Below are positions 45,188-57,959 of a stretch of 64,000 nucleotides of DNA, in pieces. The DNA comes from an uncultured Hormoscilla sp. (GTDB lineage Bacteria > Cyanobacteriota > Cyanobacteriia > Cyanobacteriales > Desertifilaceae). The stretch spans positions 5,824,001 through 5,888,000 of the forward strand of contig OZ001293.3 of NCBI GenBank assembly GCA_963921275.4, written 5' to 3'. Below the pieces are notes generated by a model that searched no databases, had not been told where the DNA came from, and saw only the letters and a list, made by a program, of their open reading frames with translations. Position 1 is the first letter of the stretch, and the number at the start of each line of letters is the position of its first letter. The translations under genes and the position numbers were made by a program.

Positions 45188-45574
45188 ATGAAACCATTAA
45201 CCAGGATTATCTTTGTAGAAGATGACCCAGATATTCAAGTCGTAGCGCGTCTTGGCTTGGAAGCAGTCGGAGGTTTCACTGTCAAATTATGCAGTTCAGG
45301 ATCCGAAGCAATTGCTACGGCACCGGACTTTGCCCCCGACCTAATTCTGCTAGATGTGATGATGCCCGGGATGGATGGTCTCAGTACGCTCAAAGCCCTG
45401 CGGGAGATGCCAAAACCTGTGGCTACGCCGGTGATGATCCTGAGCGCGAAGGTCCAAACCCATGAAGTGGCACATTACAAAGAGTTAGGAGTATTGGATA
45501 TGATTTCCAAGCCTTTTGATCCGATGACTCTGCCAGCAACTATTCTTAATATATGGGCACAACATTATGGTTAG
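45188..45574 (+). CDS. Single-domain response regulator
   Basis: VEDD, LLDVMMPGMDG, KPF. Confidence 0.85.
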   Translation: MKPLTRIIFVEDDPDIQVVARLGLEAVGGFTVKLCSSGSEAIATAPDFAPDLILLDVMMPGMDGLSTLKALREMPKPVATPVMILSAKVQTHEVAHYKELGVLDMISKPFDPMTLPATILNIWAQHYG

Positions 45575-46267
45575 TTCACCTGATTGCGTTCGCGAACAAT
45601 TGAAGATCCTGCAAAAAGATTATCAGCAGCAATTGCCTAGTCAAATTGGGCAGATTTCAGAAATATGGCAGAAGCTGGTGCGCAGGCAGGGTCAAGTAGA
45701 TGACTGGGAAAAGCTTCATTGCCTGATCCACAGAATGGTAGGCAGCGGTGCAACTTTTGGGATGAGTCAATTAAGCGATACGGCCCGTATAATTGAAGGC
45801 TACATTACGGACATGATGGCAATGAAGTCCCATCCAACAGCTGCGCAACAGGCACTAATTAATACGGTTTTGGATGAATTAAAACAGGTGGCGATCGGGC
45901 CTTATTGGCAGGTAATAGGAGGGATAGAAGAACGGCATATTTCGGAAAAAATACAGCCAGTTAAAAAGATATTTCTTGAATGAAGAATACAAAGAAAAGA
46001 TAAATAGCAAAAAATTAATTTTTCTGATAGAAGATGACCAATGTCGGGCAAATGACTTGGCAGTGCATCCGCTCTGGTTTTGCTAAAGTTCGCCAACTTG
46101 CCCAGGACAACCATGAGTTTTCCGTCACCTTTAGCTGTGGCGTCGCTGCTTTTCCCGAATACGGTGATGCTAATATCCTTAATGAAGCCGCAGATAAGGC
46201 CTTGTATCAAGCCAAACTCAGTGGAGGCAATCAGTTGGCCGAAGCCTCGCGATCGGGTTGTTCGTAG
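45567..46267 (+). pseudogene. Hpt-domain protein plus C-terminal GGDEF remnant (internally deleted diguanylate cyclase)
   Basis: HRMVGSGATFG (Hpt); VTFSCGVA...ADKALYQAK..G.N (end of GGDEF). Confidence 0.65.
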
Positions 46268-46413
46268 TTGCCAATGGAAAATGGCAAGTAGTCAGTTGTT
46301 AGTTGTTAGTTGTTAGTTGTTAGTAGCCAATGGAAAATGGCGAATGGACATGAATAAATAATAAATAATTAACAATTGCTCAATTAACAATTGCTCAATT
46401 AACAATTGCTCAA

Positions 46414-47315
46414 TTAACTTCTTCTTTCAGCCTGAGTTAATGCTACCTTACTGTTTTGGCGATAATGCACCGTTCGGTCTTGAGCAATTTCATATTTTTC
46501 ATGTTCGGGTGGGACAGAACCCATTAGATCCGAGGCACGTTGCCACTGAGCCGCTAAATCCAACCACTCAGCCGAAGTGTTAGCTGTTTGACCGTCAGCG
46601 GCAGCTTTTTGGGCAATGCGTACTGCTTGTACAAAAGGCTCTACAGATACTGGAGGTGGAGGAGAAACTGTGGGCGTGACTGTAGGTGGGGTAGCAGCTG
46701 GGAGATTCTCTGTTGATGACTGGGCTGGTGCTGGTTGTGTCTGGGCTTGTGTAGTGTCTAGGAATTTAATTCTCAACCAATAGTACACAATCAAGCTAGC
46801 GACCAGTAAGAATAAAAAGGTGAAACTGGAACCCTGCATCAAAGCACTCCGGGACTCTCGCCGATCCCGAACCAACTGGGAGGGGGGCTTAACCCGAGAA
46901 GCTGGCTTACTCCTGGGTTTGTATTCTGAAGTTGCTAGCCGTTTGAAGATGTTCGGCTGAGTCAAGGTAATTTTTTGAGACCACAGGAGTTGATGGGGAT
47001 TTTGGCTAATTTCTTCGAGCCAGAGCAACTGCTGTTCTTGCACTAGCCGGCTGTTGATGTTAACGCTACGGATATTTCGCGGCTTAATTGACTCCAGAAT
47101 CTGCCGGATGCGATCAACCACTAGAGATTGTTCCAGTTGCTTTATCTGGGCTGCTTCGCACAAAATTTGTAAGACACCACTGGCAAATATCGCTCTGGTT
47201 CTAATCCCAGTGCTTGCCAGTTTGTCGTTTAATAATTGAATGATGGCCGAAACGCTACCCTGGCGAGCTTGAGCCAGGATGTCATCTATCGGATCTACCA
47301 TGTTCAGTTCGCGCA
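46414..47315 (-). CDS. Conserved cyanobacterial hypothetical membrane protein
   Basis: QARQGSVSAIIQLLN, single TM, WQRASDLM; start uncertain. Confidence 0.7.
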
Positions 47316-47362
47316 TTAATTTTCTAGTGGACTGCTGCTGGCCTACCATAACTATCTTATCT

Positions 47363-48469
47363 TCAAGCATGTTGCTCAGCAGAGGTTGTGGCTTCCTGAA
47401 TGCACCTTTCGGGAAAAGTCGGCAAGCTTTGACACCAATCCAAAACACGATTCCATGCCCACCAGCAATCGGGGTCTTGGGCTTGACGCTGACAGGCTGC
47501 ACTACTAATATAGCCAACATGACCGCCGTGGGAAGTCAACACCAACTTGATCGCCCGATTGCCTGCACAGGCAGCTTGCAAGTCGGGCACAATGGTGGGG
47601 TCAAACATGGGATCGTCGGCAGCGTAGATGATCAGAGTCGGTTTTTGCAGATGAAGCAACAGATACAGAGGACTACTAGCCTGATAATAATCTTCGACAG
47701 ATGCAAAGCCTAATCCCTCAATCACGAACTCCCGATCGAACCCCCAAACACTATTAACACGTGCGATCTCCTCTGGATCTATTGACTCTGGGTGAGCAGC
47801 GTGGATCTGCCAAGCTAGTTTTTTCAGAGAGCGGGCGATCGTCTTTTCTAAATACTTGTCCCAAGGATCTTGAACTAGATAGGAAAGGGAACGATTGGAA
47901 TCTAGGTTGGGACAAATCACCGCTGCTCTACCTATTTCTGACTCTTCGATCCCGATATCGGGCCCCCATGTTGCCAGAGTTTGTCCTGCTTTGACCGCCC
48001 ATAATGCTAGTTGTCCCCCCAGAGAGAAGCTTGTAAACCAGAATGGTGCAGGACTTCCCATTGCCTTTGCCTGGGCAGCGATGCGGACAAAATCTTCCCC
48101 CTCATACAAACCATCTGAGGTTAAGGTACCAGACAATTGGGCGGTCCTGCCGTGAGCACGCCAATCAAATAGTACCACTGCATAGCCCCTCGCAAATGCC
48201 TTGCGCCCCAGCAGTTGCATATTCCATTGGTTTTCCAGGGATCCTGTAATTCCATAGGTGGCAATAATTGTACTATGAGCGTTTTCTGGGATGGCAACCA
48301 GACCAAAAATCGGCACTCCGCTAGCACCGACAAAGATTTTCTCTTGGTAAAAGGGTTCCAGCGCAGTAGTAGTCCTCTACCAATGACGGCTTACCCAACT
48401 AGCGGTGTAGATGGTCATTAATAGACCATTTCTCAGCAACCAAGGTGGATTGTATACCAGACGGCTCAT
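47363..48469 (-). pseudogene. YheT-like alpha/beta hydrolase with an in-frame TAG near 48378
   Basis: PPWLLRNG..MT, FDWRAHG, SLGG, DDP, GGHVG. Confidence 0.78.
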
Positions 48470-48988
48470 GATGACTGATGCTTAAGAATGTCTTTAGATA
48501 TTTTTACATCACTATGTTTATTTCTGCCGCTCCTCTACCGTTACTACCTCAAGCTGGCGATCGCTCGTCGCGATTATAGGTCATCTCCGACCTGTAGTCT
48601 GTCTCGTTATAGCACGAGCATAATCACTGAAACCCGATCGCGCATAGGCAGCCCGTAGCGCTTGCCTGGCGCACGTCATGTTTATCCCACCGTCACACCT
48701 GCTGCACCCATTCCCTGATGCCGCTTTTTGCTCTGGCTACTTCAGGACAACTTCGAGTCGATCGAGGCTAAATTTCATATTTATTTAACGAGCTCCTAAC
48801 AAATTAGCGAAAATTTGCTTATAATCTGTATAGCAATCTTATGATATCTCAAACTATCCTTATTAATCCTTAACAATCAGGATATTTGACTAAGATTGTC
48901 TCGAACATGGAATCGATCGGATTACTGCTCTAGTTCAGGTCGATTCCTCTGCAACTGACGATCGCGCCAAAGGACTAGGTGTAAAATG

Positions 48989-49732
48989 ATGCCCAGAATA
49001 CTGATAATAGAGGACGATCCAGCAATTTCAGAATTAGTAGCAGTAAATCTGGAAATGGCTGGATATGACGTGAGCCAAGCGCTGGATGGCATCAAAGGCC
49101 AGGCTCTGGCCCTACAGTTGATGCCAGATATGATTGTCTTAGACCTGATGCTACCCAAGGTAGATGGTTTCACAATCTGCCAACGCCTGCGTCGGGACGA
49201 GAGGACTGCGGATATTCCCGTTTTGATGTTGAGTGCCCTCGGTCAAACCCAAAATAAAGTGGAAGGGTTTAATGCCGGTGCCGATGATTACCTGACCAAG
49301 CCCTTTGAAATCGAAGAAATGCTGGCGAGGGTGCGGGCCTTGCTTAGACGCACTGACCGCATTCCCCAAGCAGCTAAGCATAGCGAAATCTTGAACTATG
49401 GCCCCCTTACCCTGGTGCCAGAACGATTTGAGGTGATTTGGTTCGATCGCACGATTAAACTGACGCACCTGGAGTTCGATCTGCTACACTGCTTACTCCA
49501 GCGTCACGGCCAGACGGTCTCTCCCAGCGACATCCTCAAGGAAGTTTGGGGTTATGACCCCGATGATGATATTGAGACGATCCGGGTGCATATTCGGCAT
49601 TTAAGAACGAAGCTGGAACCGGACCCCCGCCATCCCCGTTACATCAAGACTGTCTATGGAGCCGGTTATTGCCTGGAGTTGCCGAGCACTAGAAACTTGA
49701 CTCAGGTTGTGGCCACATCGGTATCAGCTTGA
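48989..49732 (+). CDS. rpaA: Response regulator RpaA
   Basis: OmpR family; [36 protein letters not shown]. Confidence 0.93.
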   Translation: MPRILIIEDDPAISELVAVNLEMAGYDVSQALDGIKGQALALQLMPDMIVLDLMLPKVDGFTICQRLRRDERTADIPVLMLSALGQTQNKVEGFNAGADDYLTKPFEIEEMLARVRALLRRTDRIPQAAKHSEILNYGPLTLVPERFEVIWFDRTIKLTHLEFDLLHCLLQRHGQTVSPSDILKEVWGYDPDDDIETIRVHIRHLRTKLEPDPRHPRYIKTVYGAGYCLELPSTRNLTQVVATSVSA

Positions 49733-49795
49733 CCAGCTAGGGGTAGTTTTTTGTTAAACTATCCCTTTGTAGGATATCTATCAAAGGTAAATGCC

Positions 49796-50275
49796 TTGCT
49801 AGACGAACAAGCTAAAAAAACAATGCTGCGGAAGATTCCCCACGGACTCTATATCTGTGGGGTATGCGATGGTGAGGAAGTCAATGGCTTCACTGCTAGC
49901 TGGGTGATGCAGGCTTCCTTTAAGCCGCCCCTGGTGGTAAATTGCGTGAAGCAAGATTCCAAATCCCATGCCATGATTAAATCTAGTGGTGTATTTGCTC
50001 TCAGCTTTCTGGAAGCGGGAAAAAAGGACTTGGCCCAGCAATTCTTCAAGCCCCAGAGCCGTGTCGGTAACAAGTTTGCCGAGGTGGAGTTATATCAGGG
50101 AGAAACTGGCTGCCCAATTATCCGTGATTCTCTGGGATATGTTGAGTGTAAGGTAGTGGGTGCGGTAGAACAGGGCGACCATACTGTCTATGTTGGTGAG
50201 GTGATTGCTGCGGTCATCCACAAAGAGGGTGAACCTCTCATACTGGAAGATACTGGCTGGAATTACGGCGGTTAA
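49796..50275 (+). CDS. Flavin reductase family protein
   Basis: ASWVMQASFKPP, GDHTVYVGEV, YGG. Confidence 0.88.
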   Translation: MLDEQAKKTMLRKIPHGLYICGVCDGEEVNGFTASWVMQASFKPPLVVNCVKQDSKSHAMIKSSGVFALSFLEAGKKDLAQQFFKPQSRVGNKFAEVELYQGETGCPIIRDSLGYVECKVVGAVEQGDHTVYVGEVIAAVIHKEGEPLILEDTGWNYGG

Positions 50276-50350
50276 GGTATGATGGCTAATGGTTCATGGT
50301 TGATGGCATGAACTATTAGCAATGAAAAGTTAGTATAAAGTAAGTGAACT

Positions 50351-50701
50351 ATGCCTTTGATTAAAGTTCAAACTTCGGCCCCGGCCCCGGAAAAAACAGC
50401 GGTTCAGGGAATCCTGCAAGTGCTTTCGGCTAAGTTGGCACAGCATTTGAGTAAACCTGAATCTTACGTCGTGACGGCTTTTGAACCAGATGTGGGCATG
50501 ACTTTTGCTGGGACTTTAGAACCGGTCTGCTATATCGAGATTAAAAATGTCGGCGGCATGAGTCCAGCTCAAACTAAGTCCATGAGTCAGGATTTTTGCC
50601 AGGTGATTTCTGAAAAGCTGGGCGTCCCCCCAAATCGCACTTATATTGAGTTCGCAGGTGCCCAAGGATCGATGTGGGGCTGGAATGCTTCTACTTTTTA
50701 G
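50351..50701 (+). CDS. MIF/phenylpyruvate tautomerase family protein
   Basis: N-terminal MP, KPESYV, WGWN..TF. Confidence 0.9.
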   Translation: MPLIKVQTSAPAPEKTAVQGILQVLSAKLAQHLSKPESYVVTAFEPDVGMTFAGTLEPVCYIEIKNVGGMSPAQTKSMSQDFCQVISEKLGVPPNRTYIEFAGAQGSMWGWNASTF

Positions 50702-50966
50702 TAGGCTAGGGTGCATCTCAAGACAAGAATGATGCACTCACAAACTACTACAGGCGTTGCAAAACGACACCGATGATAAGAGTTGCTAATTGCTAATTGT
50801 CAATGGTAAATTTAAATAGTCATTAGTAGTCATAAATAGATATATTTACTTTTAGCAATTAACAATTAGCAAGAGCGCAATTTTCAACAATTGACTGAAG
50901 CACATCCCCGATTGGGTGCAACTACTATAAACTAGGAAAGCAAACTAGTAAAGACTTAGCGGACAG

Positions 50967-51185
50967 ATGATTGAATCAGAAATACTGGAAAAACTGCAAG
51001 AAACATCAATACTAGATCGCATCCGAATTATTGAAGCAATTCTGCGCTCTCTCAAGAATGATATGCGTAAGGCTTCGGAACAACAGATATTACCTGGGCA
51101 GTATCCCCTCCGAGGAAAAGTGATTCGCTATGACGATCCCTATGAACCGGCGGTAGCCGCAGAAGACTGGGAGGCACGAACATGA
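50967..51185 (+). CDS. Putative antitoxin
   Basis: PLRGKVIRYDDPYEP..EDWE; overlaps the vapC start. Confidence 0.65.
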   Translation: MIESEILEKLQETSILDRIRIIEAILRSLKNDMRKASEQQILPGQYPLRGKVIRYDDPYEPAVAAEDWEART

Positions 51186-51480
51186 TCGTTCTAGATACTC
51201 ATATCTGGATTTGGTGGGTTGATGAGAATCCTCAACTGTCTCCCCAAAACCGGGAGATAATTCAAGCCCATCAAGCAAGCGGTCTAGGAATCAGCATCAT
51301 TTCTTGCTGGGAAATTGCCAAATCAGTCGAGAAAAATAAACTAAATTTACAGTGTTCTGTAGAAGAATGGCTCGAACTTGCCTTAAATTACCCTAATATT
51401 CAATTGCTGGAATTAAGCATCCCAATTATCCTTCAATCTATTCGACTATCTGGATTTAATGCCGATCCAGCAGACCAGAA
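51182..51480 (+). pseudogene. VapC PIN toxin, C-terminally truncated
   Basis: IVLDTHIWIWW, ISCWEI, DPADQ, then unrelated sequence. Confidence 0.72.
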
Positions 51481-54108
51481 TCTAACTGTCCGTAAGCAGT
51501 CAAGATCCGACTCAAATCCAAATCTAAATTCAGATGAGCATGCACAAGCTAGCACCAACCCACTCACTTGCTGTTTATTTTCTATCTATACCCGTTCACT
51601 AGTCAGTGTCAAGAAAAATGCCCGCACAGCTGCCTGGGATAAGGCGTAAGTCTGCGACTTCTGTCCTACCCATTCCAGAAACTGCTGCAATTTTTGCTCC
51701 CCACTCACCAGGGCCTGAATTTTTTCCCTGATTAACTCCAGCAATTTATCTGCACTTGGCAGCATTTCCGCAGTTAGCAAGAACACCTCCCGCCAACGAG
51801 GTTCACTAATCTGTTCGACTAGCTGCGTCAGTTTTTCCGGGTTATTGACAATTTCTCTACTGATTAAATACTCTTGGAATGTTAGGTGAGAGAAGGAATA
51901 AATTCCCCGCGCCTGTTCCACTAAGATGCCTATCTGTTTAAATAATTTTCAAATTCCTGCATGTCCATCTCCTAGACAATAAAATGGAGCCAAAAGTTTC
52001 TGACAATTTACCCAATCAATCAAAGCTTGCTCTTCTTGAAAAAATGCTCCGCAATATATCCCACTGACTGCTTTATAATCTTTCCATTCACAAGCTTGTC
52101 CTTTTTCTTCTGTTCTAATCCTTGCTTTTCCTCCATGCGACTTCTTTCACTCCCAATACTGATGTTGGCAACTCAAAATCCTGCCTTTGAACTAATCTAT
52201 GTAATGTACTATGACTAATTTTTATTCCCGTGAGCTCTGCAGCTTTTTGATAAGATTCATTCGCACAAATTAACATAGCATTTTTCTCCATTTTGGGACT
52301 GGATTTCACATGAGACTTCAAAATAATTAGCTTGTCGATTGGTGATCGATATCTTTCCCACAATGTCAATTGACGTTTTTTGCCTGTTTTTATCCCCGTA
52401 TTCAATAATTTGTGAGTTCTGGACCCACTCTGCAGAAAATCTCGCAGTTCAATTTCTAAATCTTCAAAATTTTCCAAGTTTGGAAAATTTTAACCAGTAG
52501 AGCCAAATTTGTTTTTGTCTATACATTCGTCAATTTCAAATTCCTCCATATCAAAAAGTTGTTCTGGGTTCATAGCAGCAAGAAAATAACTTCAATTTCA
52601 ATCTATCATAGATAATGTATAAATATCCAAAAGACTGCAAGTTTTTATTATATAAATATCGAAGACTCATAATAGATATTTATCTATGATGAGTCACAGA
52701 TGCAAAAGTGAGATGCACCCATCGATTTTAATACCTGTTCGCTTTCCCGTTGTAAAACTTCTGGTTCTGTTGCGGCATCGGGTAAGGTCCGCAAGTACTC
52801 GGCAATATACTGCTCAATCTTACTTTGTTCAAATAAATATTCCCCCCGCTTGAATGTTTTAGAAGCTAACTGATACAGCAGCTTCAGCTTGCGGGGCAAA
52901 AGCAAGTTCCCATAAACATCATAGCGATCAATTCCCCTGGATTCATCCCAGCGCACCAGCAAAATATCCAGTCCTTGTTGATAAAGCTTCGCCCGTAATA
53001 CTGGAAAATCACCTTGGTAATAAAAAACCATGCAAGTCAGATTCAGCAATATCGGCGTTCCTGCCAGTTCTCGTATTTGCCAGTTTTCTGGTAACTGTAA
53101 CTGTTCCATAAACTGAGTTGTCAATGCCGCTTCTGGACTCTGCTTGGCGACTGTCACAAACCACCTTTGCACGAATATTTGCTCCCTCGTAAAGTCTGCT
53201 ATCTCTATTTCTGTAAAGTCGGGAAAGCGATATTTATAGGCTGCGGGACGACAGCTAATAATTATGTTATTTTGGTAATATCTTTCTGTAAATTTGCGAA
53301 TTTGCTTGATTACTTCTGCTTGCTCCTCTTGGGGCACTTCATCTAACCCATCCAGTAACAGCAGCACTCTTCCTGAGTCCAGCAATTGCTCAACGTCCTG
53401 GTCAGATATGCCACAGGTTGACAATTCTCTCTTTATATGGTACTCAAGACTAAAGTTGCCTTCATCTCTGGCATCTTCGGCAAAGTTTTTCAGCTTGATA
53501 AACATCGGGACTTTGTTGGAGAGAAATTCACCCCGATTGCAGAGTAGAGCAATAGCTTGCAAAAAGGTGCTTTTTCCCGCTCCAGGTTTCCCCAGCATTA
53601 CCACAAAGCTGTATTTTTCTACTGCTTCCAGTCCGCCGATGCGTTCGCTGTAGCCCCTGCTTGTGCCAACACTGTCAAACTCACCCTGTTGGAACTCAGC
53701 AATATCTAACCATCGCAGATTACTAATTTCTTCGGTGATGTTAGCATCCACGTAAATCTCATCTAATTCTACAGGACGGGAAATATCTAGCATCCGCAGA
53801 GTGTCGCATTGGTGTTGGATCAGGGGCGCGGGCTCTCGACGCACCTTTTGGACTAAATCATCTATTTCTGCTGATGCATCTACTTCTGGAGGCAGGGCAA
53901 TTTCTTCGGCAGTCAAGTCTAGGGCAAAACAGATTTCTATGAACACATGTCGGTCAACTGGTCTACCCGTGAAAAACTTCCAAATCGGTTGCCGAGATTC
54001 TACACCCGCAGCGCTTGCCAGATATTCCTGCGTCCATCCCTTGCGCTGAAATGCCCGCTTCGCTTTGAGGATGCCCTCTGCTAATGCATGGATCGATCGC
54101 TTTGCCAT
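51480..54108 (-). pseudogene. HTH-NACHT NTPase interrupted by an insertion at about 51931-52720
   Basis: GKPGAGKST, LLLLDGLDE; resumes as GILVEQARGIYSFSHLTFQEY below 51930. Confidence 0.82.
51931..52720. mobile_element. Degenerate ISKra4-like transposase remnant
   Basis: SPKMEKNAMLICANESYQ..LTGIKISHSTLHRLVQRQ; end sequence GGGTGCATCTCACTTTTG. Confidence 0.55.
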
Positions 54109-54256
54109 AGACTCTCCCTTTAAACTCCTCTTCTCCTGTTTTACTATCTTCTCCCTTTTCATCAGTATGATTACGCAATCTTAAACTGTTTTCAATTCCT
54201 TCTTCAAAATTACCAAACCAATTGATAATAAAATTCTCAGTTTTTTATTTATGCTA

Positions 54257-55268
54257 ACCTAAGTTGCGACCTATTAAAAAAAATATGAATTACCCACTTA
54301 GACTTTACAGATATTTGGGATATTTCGTAGCTTTTGATACAAAATTATATTTTTTTTGTGCTAGACGGCGGGTTGGCTGTTTATAGGTTATAATGTACTA
54401 AAATAATAGTTAATTGCTGGGGGATGTAGATGATGGAAGATATGATTACAACAATTTTTGTTCTTTGTGACGAGCTACTAAAAGCGTTAAATATAAAAGA
54501 AGATCCACAAGTAAAAATGAACAATGCCGAAGTGATGACAGTCGGATTAGTTGCTGCATATTTTTTCGGAGGACACCACGATCGCTCTTGTCAATTTATG
54601 GTCCAACACAAGTATATAAAAAATCTGTTAAGTAAAAGTAGGTTCAATCGTCGATTACACAATATTGACGAACCAATTTGGATGTTTTTCTTCCAAGTTA
54701 TAGCTCAAACATTTAAAGAGCTCAATCCGGGTCAAAAATATATTCTTGATAGTTTCCCGGTGCCAGTATGTGATAATATTAGGATTGATAGATGCCAAAT
54801 TTATAACAAGGAAGAATATCGAGGGTATATTGCTAGTAAAAAACGTTATTTTTATGGATTAAGAGTTCATATGTTGGTAAACAAAAATGGAAAGCCAATA
54901 GAATTTTATCTAGATCCTGGTAGTTATAATGATGTTAAAGTTTTGCAATCTTTTGGCTTTGACTTACCATCAAATTAAATAGTTTATGGAGATAAAGCTT
55001 ATAATGATTATCAATTAGAGGATTTACTAAAAGAGTCGTCAAGTATAATGTTAAAACCTTTGCGAAAAAAGAACTCAAAAAGAAAAGAATATTCTTGTTT
55101 TGAATATATACAAAAAGTAACAAGAAAACAAGTTGAAACCTGTTTTAGTCGAATCACCAATTTGTTTCCCAAGTCAATTCATGCTGTTACATCTAAGGGA
55201 TTAGAGTTGAAAATAATTCTCTTTATCATAGCTTTTTGTATCCAATTTTTATAGGTCGCAACTTGAGT
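54257..55268 (+). mobile_element. IS982-family element; transposase 54430-55254 has an in-frame TAA at 54976-54978
   Basis: TIR ACCTAAGTTGCGACCTAT / ATAGGTCGCAACTTGAGT; 7-bp TSD TATGCTA; DSFP, YFYG, GDKAY. Confidence 0.92.
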
Positions 55269-55349
55269 TATGCTAATTAAATGCACAACAGCTTAAGGAC
55301 AAGGACTAGGCAATCTTGCAAAAAAATATTGCAATTCGCAATTCGCAAT

Positions 55350-55919
55350 TCACCAATAATGAAAGATACTATCATAAAAGTGGAAGCGGGCAAACCCCAA
55401 AAATTGGCCGTGAACTTTCTCACCTGAGGGAAAAGCCGTGACGCCAAACATATATATACCACTATTACGAAGATTCTGGACTGGCCGCAAACGAATCGTT
55501 AATGTTGTTCCCGGAGGTACTGGTGGTGAGAAGGTGACGGAAATTGTCCGCGCCTTTCTATCTCTGGTTACTGCTTTTAGTGCGAACTCTCGTCCCTGAC
55601 TCCGGGAAGTCCCCTCAAAGGCCCTACTCTCCTCTAAATAGAATCGCGGAAATTCCCATCCCAATCTCTGATGTATTATTACTCTTTGCAGTGGTTCATC
55701 CGCGTTTTCTGGCAGACTGATGGTGAAGTAGTAAGTTGCGCCCCACATTCTGGCCCCGTTGTTAGTAGTTGCGGCCCTCACCAGGCGCGGTGGTTGGACA
55801 AAATAGACTTTGCCATCCCTCAAGGTCACTCCAGAAACTGGCAGCACTGCTACTGCCCCGATAACTACCGGTACAGCAATAGCTATCCCTAATTGCGATA
55901 AAAGTTTACAGTTCTTCAT
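55350..55919 (-). CDS. DUF2808 domain protein
   Basis: F.QPPRL, TYYFTI, F.PPVPPG, Y.FGVTAFP. Confidence 0.8.
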   Translation of the reverse strand: MKNCKLLSQLGIAIAVPVVIGAVAVLPVSGVTLRDGKVYFVQPPRLVRAATTNNGARMWGATYYFTISLPENADEPLQRVIIHQRLGWEFPRFYLEESRAFEGTSRSQGREFALKAVTRDRKARTISVTFSPPVPPGTTLTIRLRPVQNLRNSGIYMFGVTAFPSGEKVHGQFLGFARFHFYDSIFHYW

Positions 55920-56042
55920 ATTTTGTCCCTTGAAACCTCGTAAATCCGTTATTGAAGGCCCTGTTGTTTAAAAAATGTTGCATCAGCGACGCATCCTCTC
56001 TGTAATCGGCTAAAACAGAAAAGGAATGTGGAGGCAAATGAT

Positions 56043-56552
56043 ATGACTACTATTTCTAATCTTGACCTAAAAAGCCCCAAGTGGCAAACGATCGTCCTTT
56101 TCACCTTGGGCTTCTGGCTGAGTAGCTGCCTGGTTTTGGATTTCGTGATTATGCCCAGTATGTATACAGCGGGTATGATGAGTACACCGGGATTTGCCAC
56201 AGCTGGCTATTCGATGTTCTGGCTATTTAATCGCATCGAGTTACTCTGTGCAGCTTTGGCACTGACAGGTTTGCTAGTTATAAGTATAACTACTCAGATA
56301 TCGCCAAGCAAAAGCCGCACTGCTATTATCCTATCTGTACTACTTTTGGCTGTTGCCTTGATTGATACCTACAGTTTGACCCCTCAGATGAGTGCTATGG
56401 GACTGGATCTGAATCTGTTTGAACCGGCTGAGGGTCTTCCGGCTGGGATGATGCAGATGCAGTTCGGTTATTGGACATTGGAACTGTTGAAACTAGTGGC
56501 TTGCGGCAGGATACTTAATTTGTGCTATCCCGGTCAGATGCAAGAGTCGTAA
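56043..56552 (+). CDS. DUF4149-like membrane protein
   Basis: Four TM segments, FNRIELLCA, YWTLELLK. Confidence 0.7.
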   Translation: MTTISNLDLKSPKWQTIVLFTLGFWLSSCLVLDFVIMPSMYTAGMMSTPGFATAGYSMFWLFNRIELLCAALALTGLLVISITTQISPSKSRTAIILSVLLLAVALIDTYSLTPQMSAMGLDLNLFEPAEGLPAGMMQMQFGYWTLELLKLVACGRILNLCYPGQMQES

Positions 56553-56688
56553 GAAAATAAGTTTTCTTTGATTAAGAAATCTTATTTTCTCATTCCCAGG
56601 TTCTACCTGGGAACGGGTCTTCTGAGGCTCCCGCCGACCATAAGCGCATCCGTGCAAAGTCAAGTCTGGAATATGTTTAATAAAACGG

Positions 56689-56812
56689 TAAGCTGTCGCG
56701 CATCTAAACTGCATATTGGGGCTTAGGGTAAAATCGAAGCAACCGGAGACCCATAAGCGTTTCAGCCAGAACAGTCATTTTGGACTATGCAATTTGAATG
56801 CATCACAGTTTA
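56689..56812. mobile_element. MITE (about 120 bp) with imperfect TIRs, TA-flanked
   Basis: taagctgtcgcgcatctaaactgcata ... tatgcaatttgaatgcatcacagttta. Confidence 0.6.
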
Positions 56813-56895
56813 TTATTTATGACTGGAGGCAGAGCCTTCAGAGCGCGTTCCCTGCCAGAGACAGGGAACGAGGGAACGAGGGAATTAGCAATTGC

Positions 56896-57959
56896 TCAAT
56901 TTTCTATTTCCCGGTTGAACCGGATCATTTCCCACGGTCGCCCGCCATACACCCCTTCGATCTGCTGCTGGCAACAGGCGATCGCGAAGTCGTTTAATTC
57001 TTCCGCTTCAATACCATACAAGTGACCAAACACATCTGCTTGTACCCGACAGAAGCGAGGGGGATCGGGATAGTGCGATTCCTTTAGTGTAAACCGACTT
57101 GACACAAGTCAAGAAGCGGGACCACTAGCAGGGTTCCATTAGCCCTGACAACTTATAGATGATGGTGGTGAAAGTCCACCCCTCCAGGTGCTCTCGTGAC
57201 AGCACTCTCCCGACGGTAGCGATGGCATCAATCCGTAAAGCGGGAATGAAAGGCGCACTGACTGGCAGCCTAAACCGGTTAACGTCGAGCAAGTAGTCAT
57301 GATGAGCGAAAGCAAAGACTCATAAATGTCGTCATTGCTGACCAGCGAAAAGGCTGAGACGCTGGCCCAAAAGGTAAAGGATAATGGCCATTGGCGGATT
57401 GTCCCCCGACCAATAAGCACCGGCAACAAACCCGGCATAAAGAGTCCATCTAATATTATAAGTAGAGAAAACGAAGTCGTAATCCCTACTTATGTATATG
57501 ACTTCTGGTTTTTCGCGCCAGGAGCGTGCGTCTAGTACGCATGATGTTTGTTCAGTAAACCCCATTTACAAGGAGGACAATATATGATATCCGGCTAGGC
57601 CGGGCCACCAACGTTGGCTACTACGTCAAGTCACAAGATAGATGTGTGAATATTCCTATTCACACATCTATCTTATTAGCCGTATCCATGACAAGGATGG
57701 CATTACTGAGGAGCCGGATGAGGTGAAAGTCTCACGTCCGGTTTTGAAGACGAGTCGGGGAGGTGACTCCCTGGCTTAGTTTAATTATCTGACATTCTCT
57801 GGTAGAGTGGTCGAAGTTAACGCACCAGCCATCATCACCCACCAGAGACAGATATAGTTCTAACTCTTCTGGTGATAAATACTCTTCTAGGTCTGGCCGA
57901 TCGGCTGGATCCAGCTGGCAGCAGGCTCCACATTGTTTTACGCAACGCCAAGTTCCCAT
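56896..57959 (-). pseudogene. YkgJ family Fe-S/cysteine-cluster protein (116 aa) split by an antisense intron
   Basis: CVKQCGACC...CQI (57786-57959) joins in frame to YPDPPRFCRV (57072-56896). Confidence 0.88.
57073..57785 (+). mobile_element. ORF-less group II intron (713 nt), sister of the RT intron
   Basis: 5' GTGCG; domain V GAGCCGGATGAGGTGAAAGTCTCACGTCCGGTT; ends TTTAAT; colinear with 58626-60998. Confidence 0.92.

Noticed and set aside
46295..46415. Heptamer runs (also near 27465, 28770, 32366, 50785 and 58025)
   Set aside because: Ordinary STRR-type repeats of filamentous cyanobacteria
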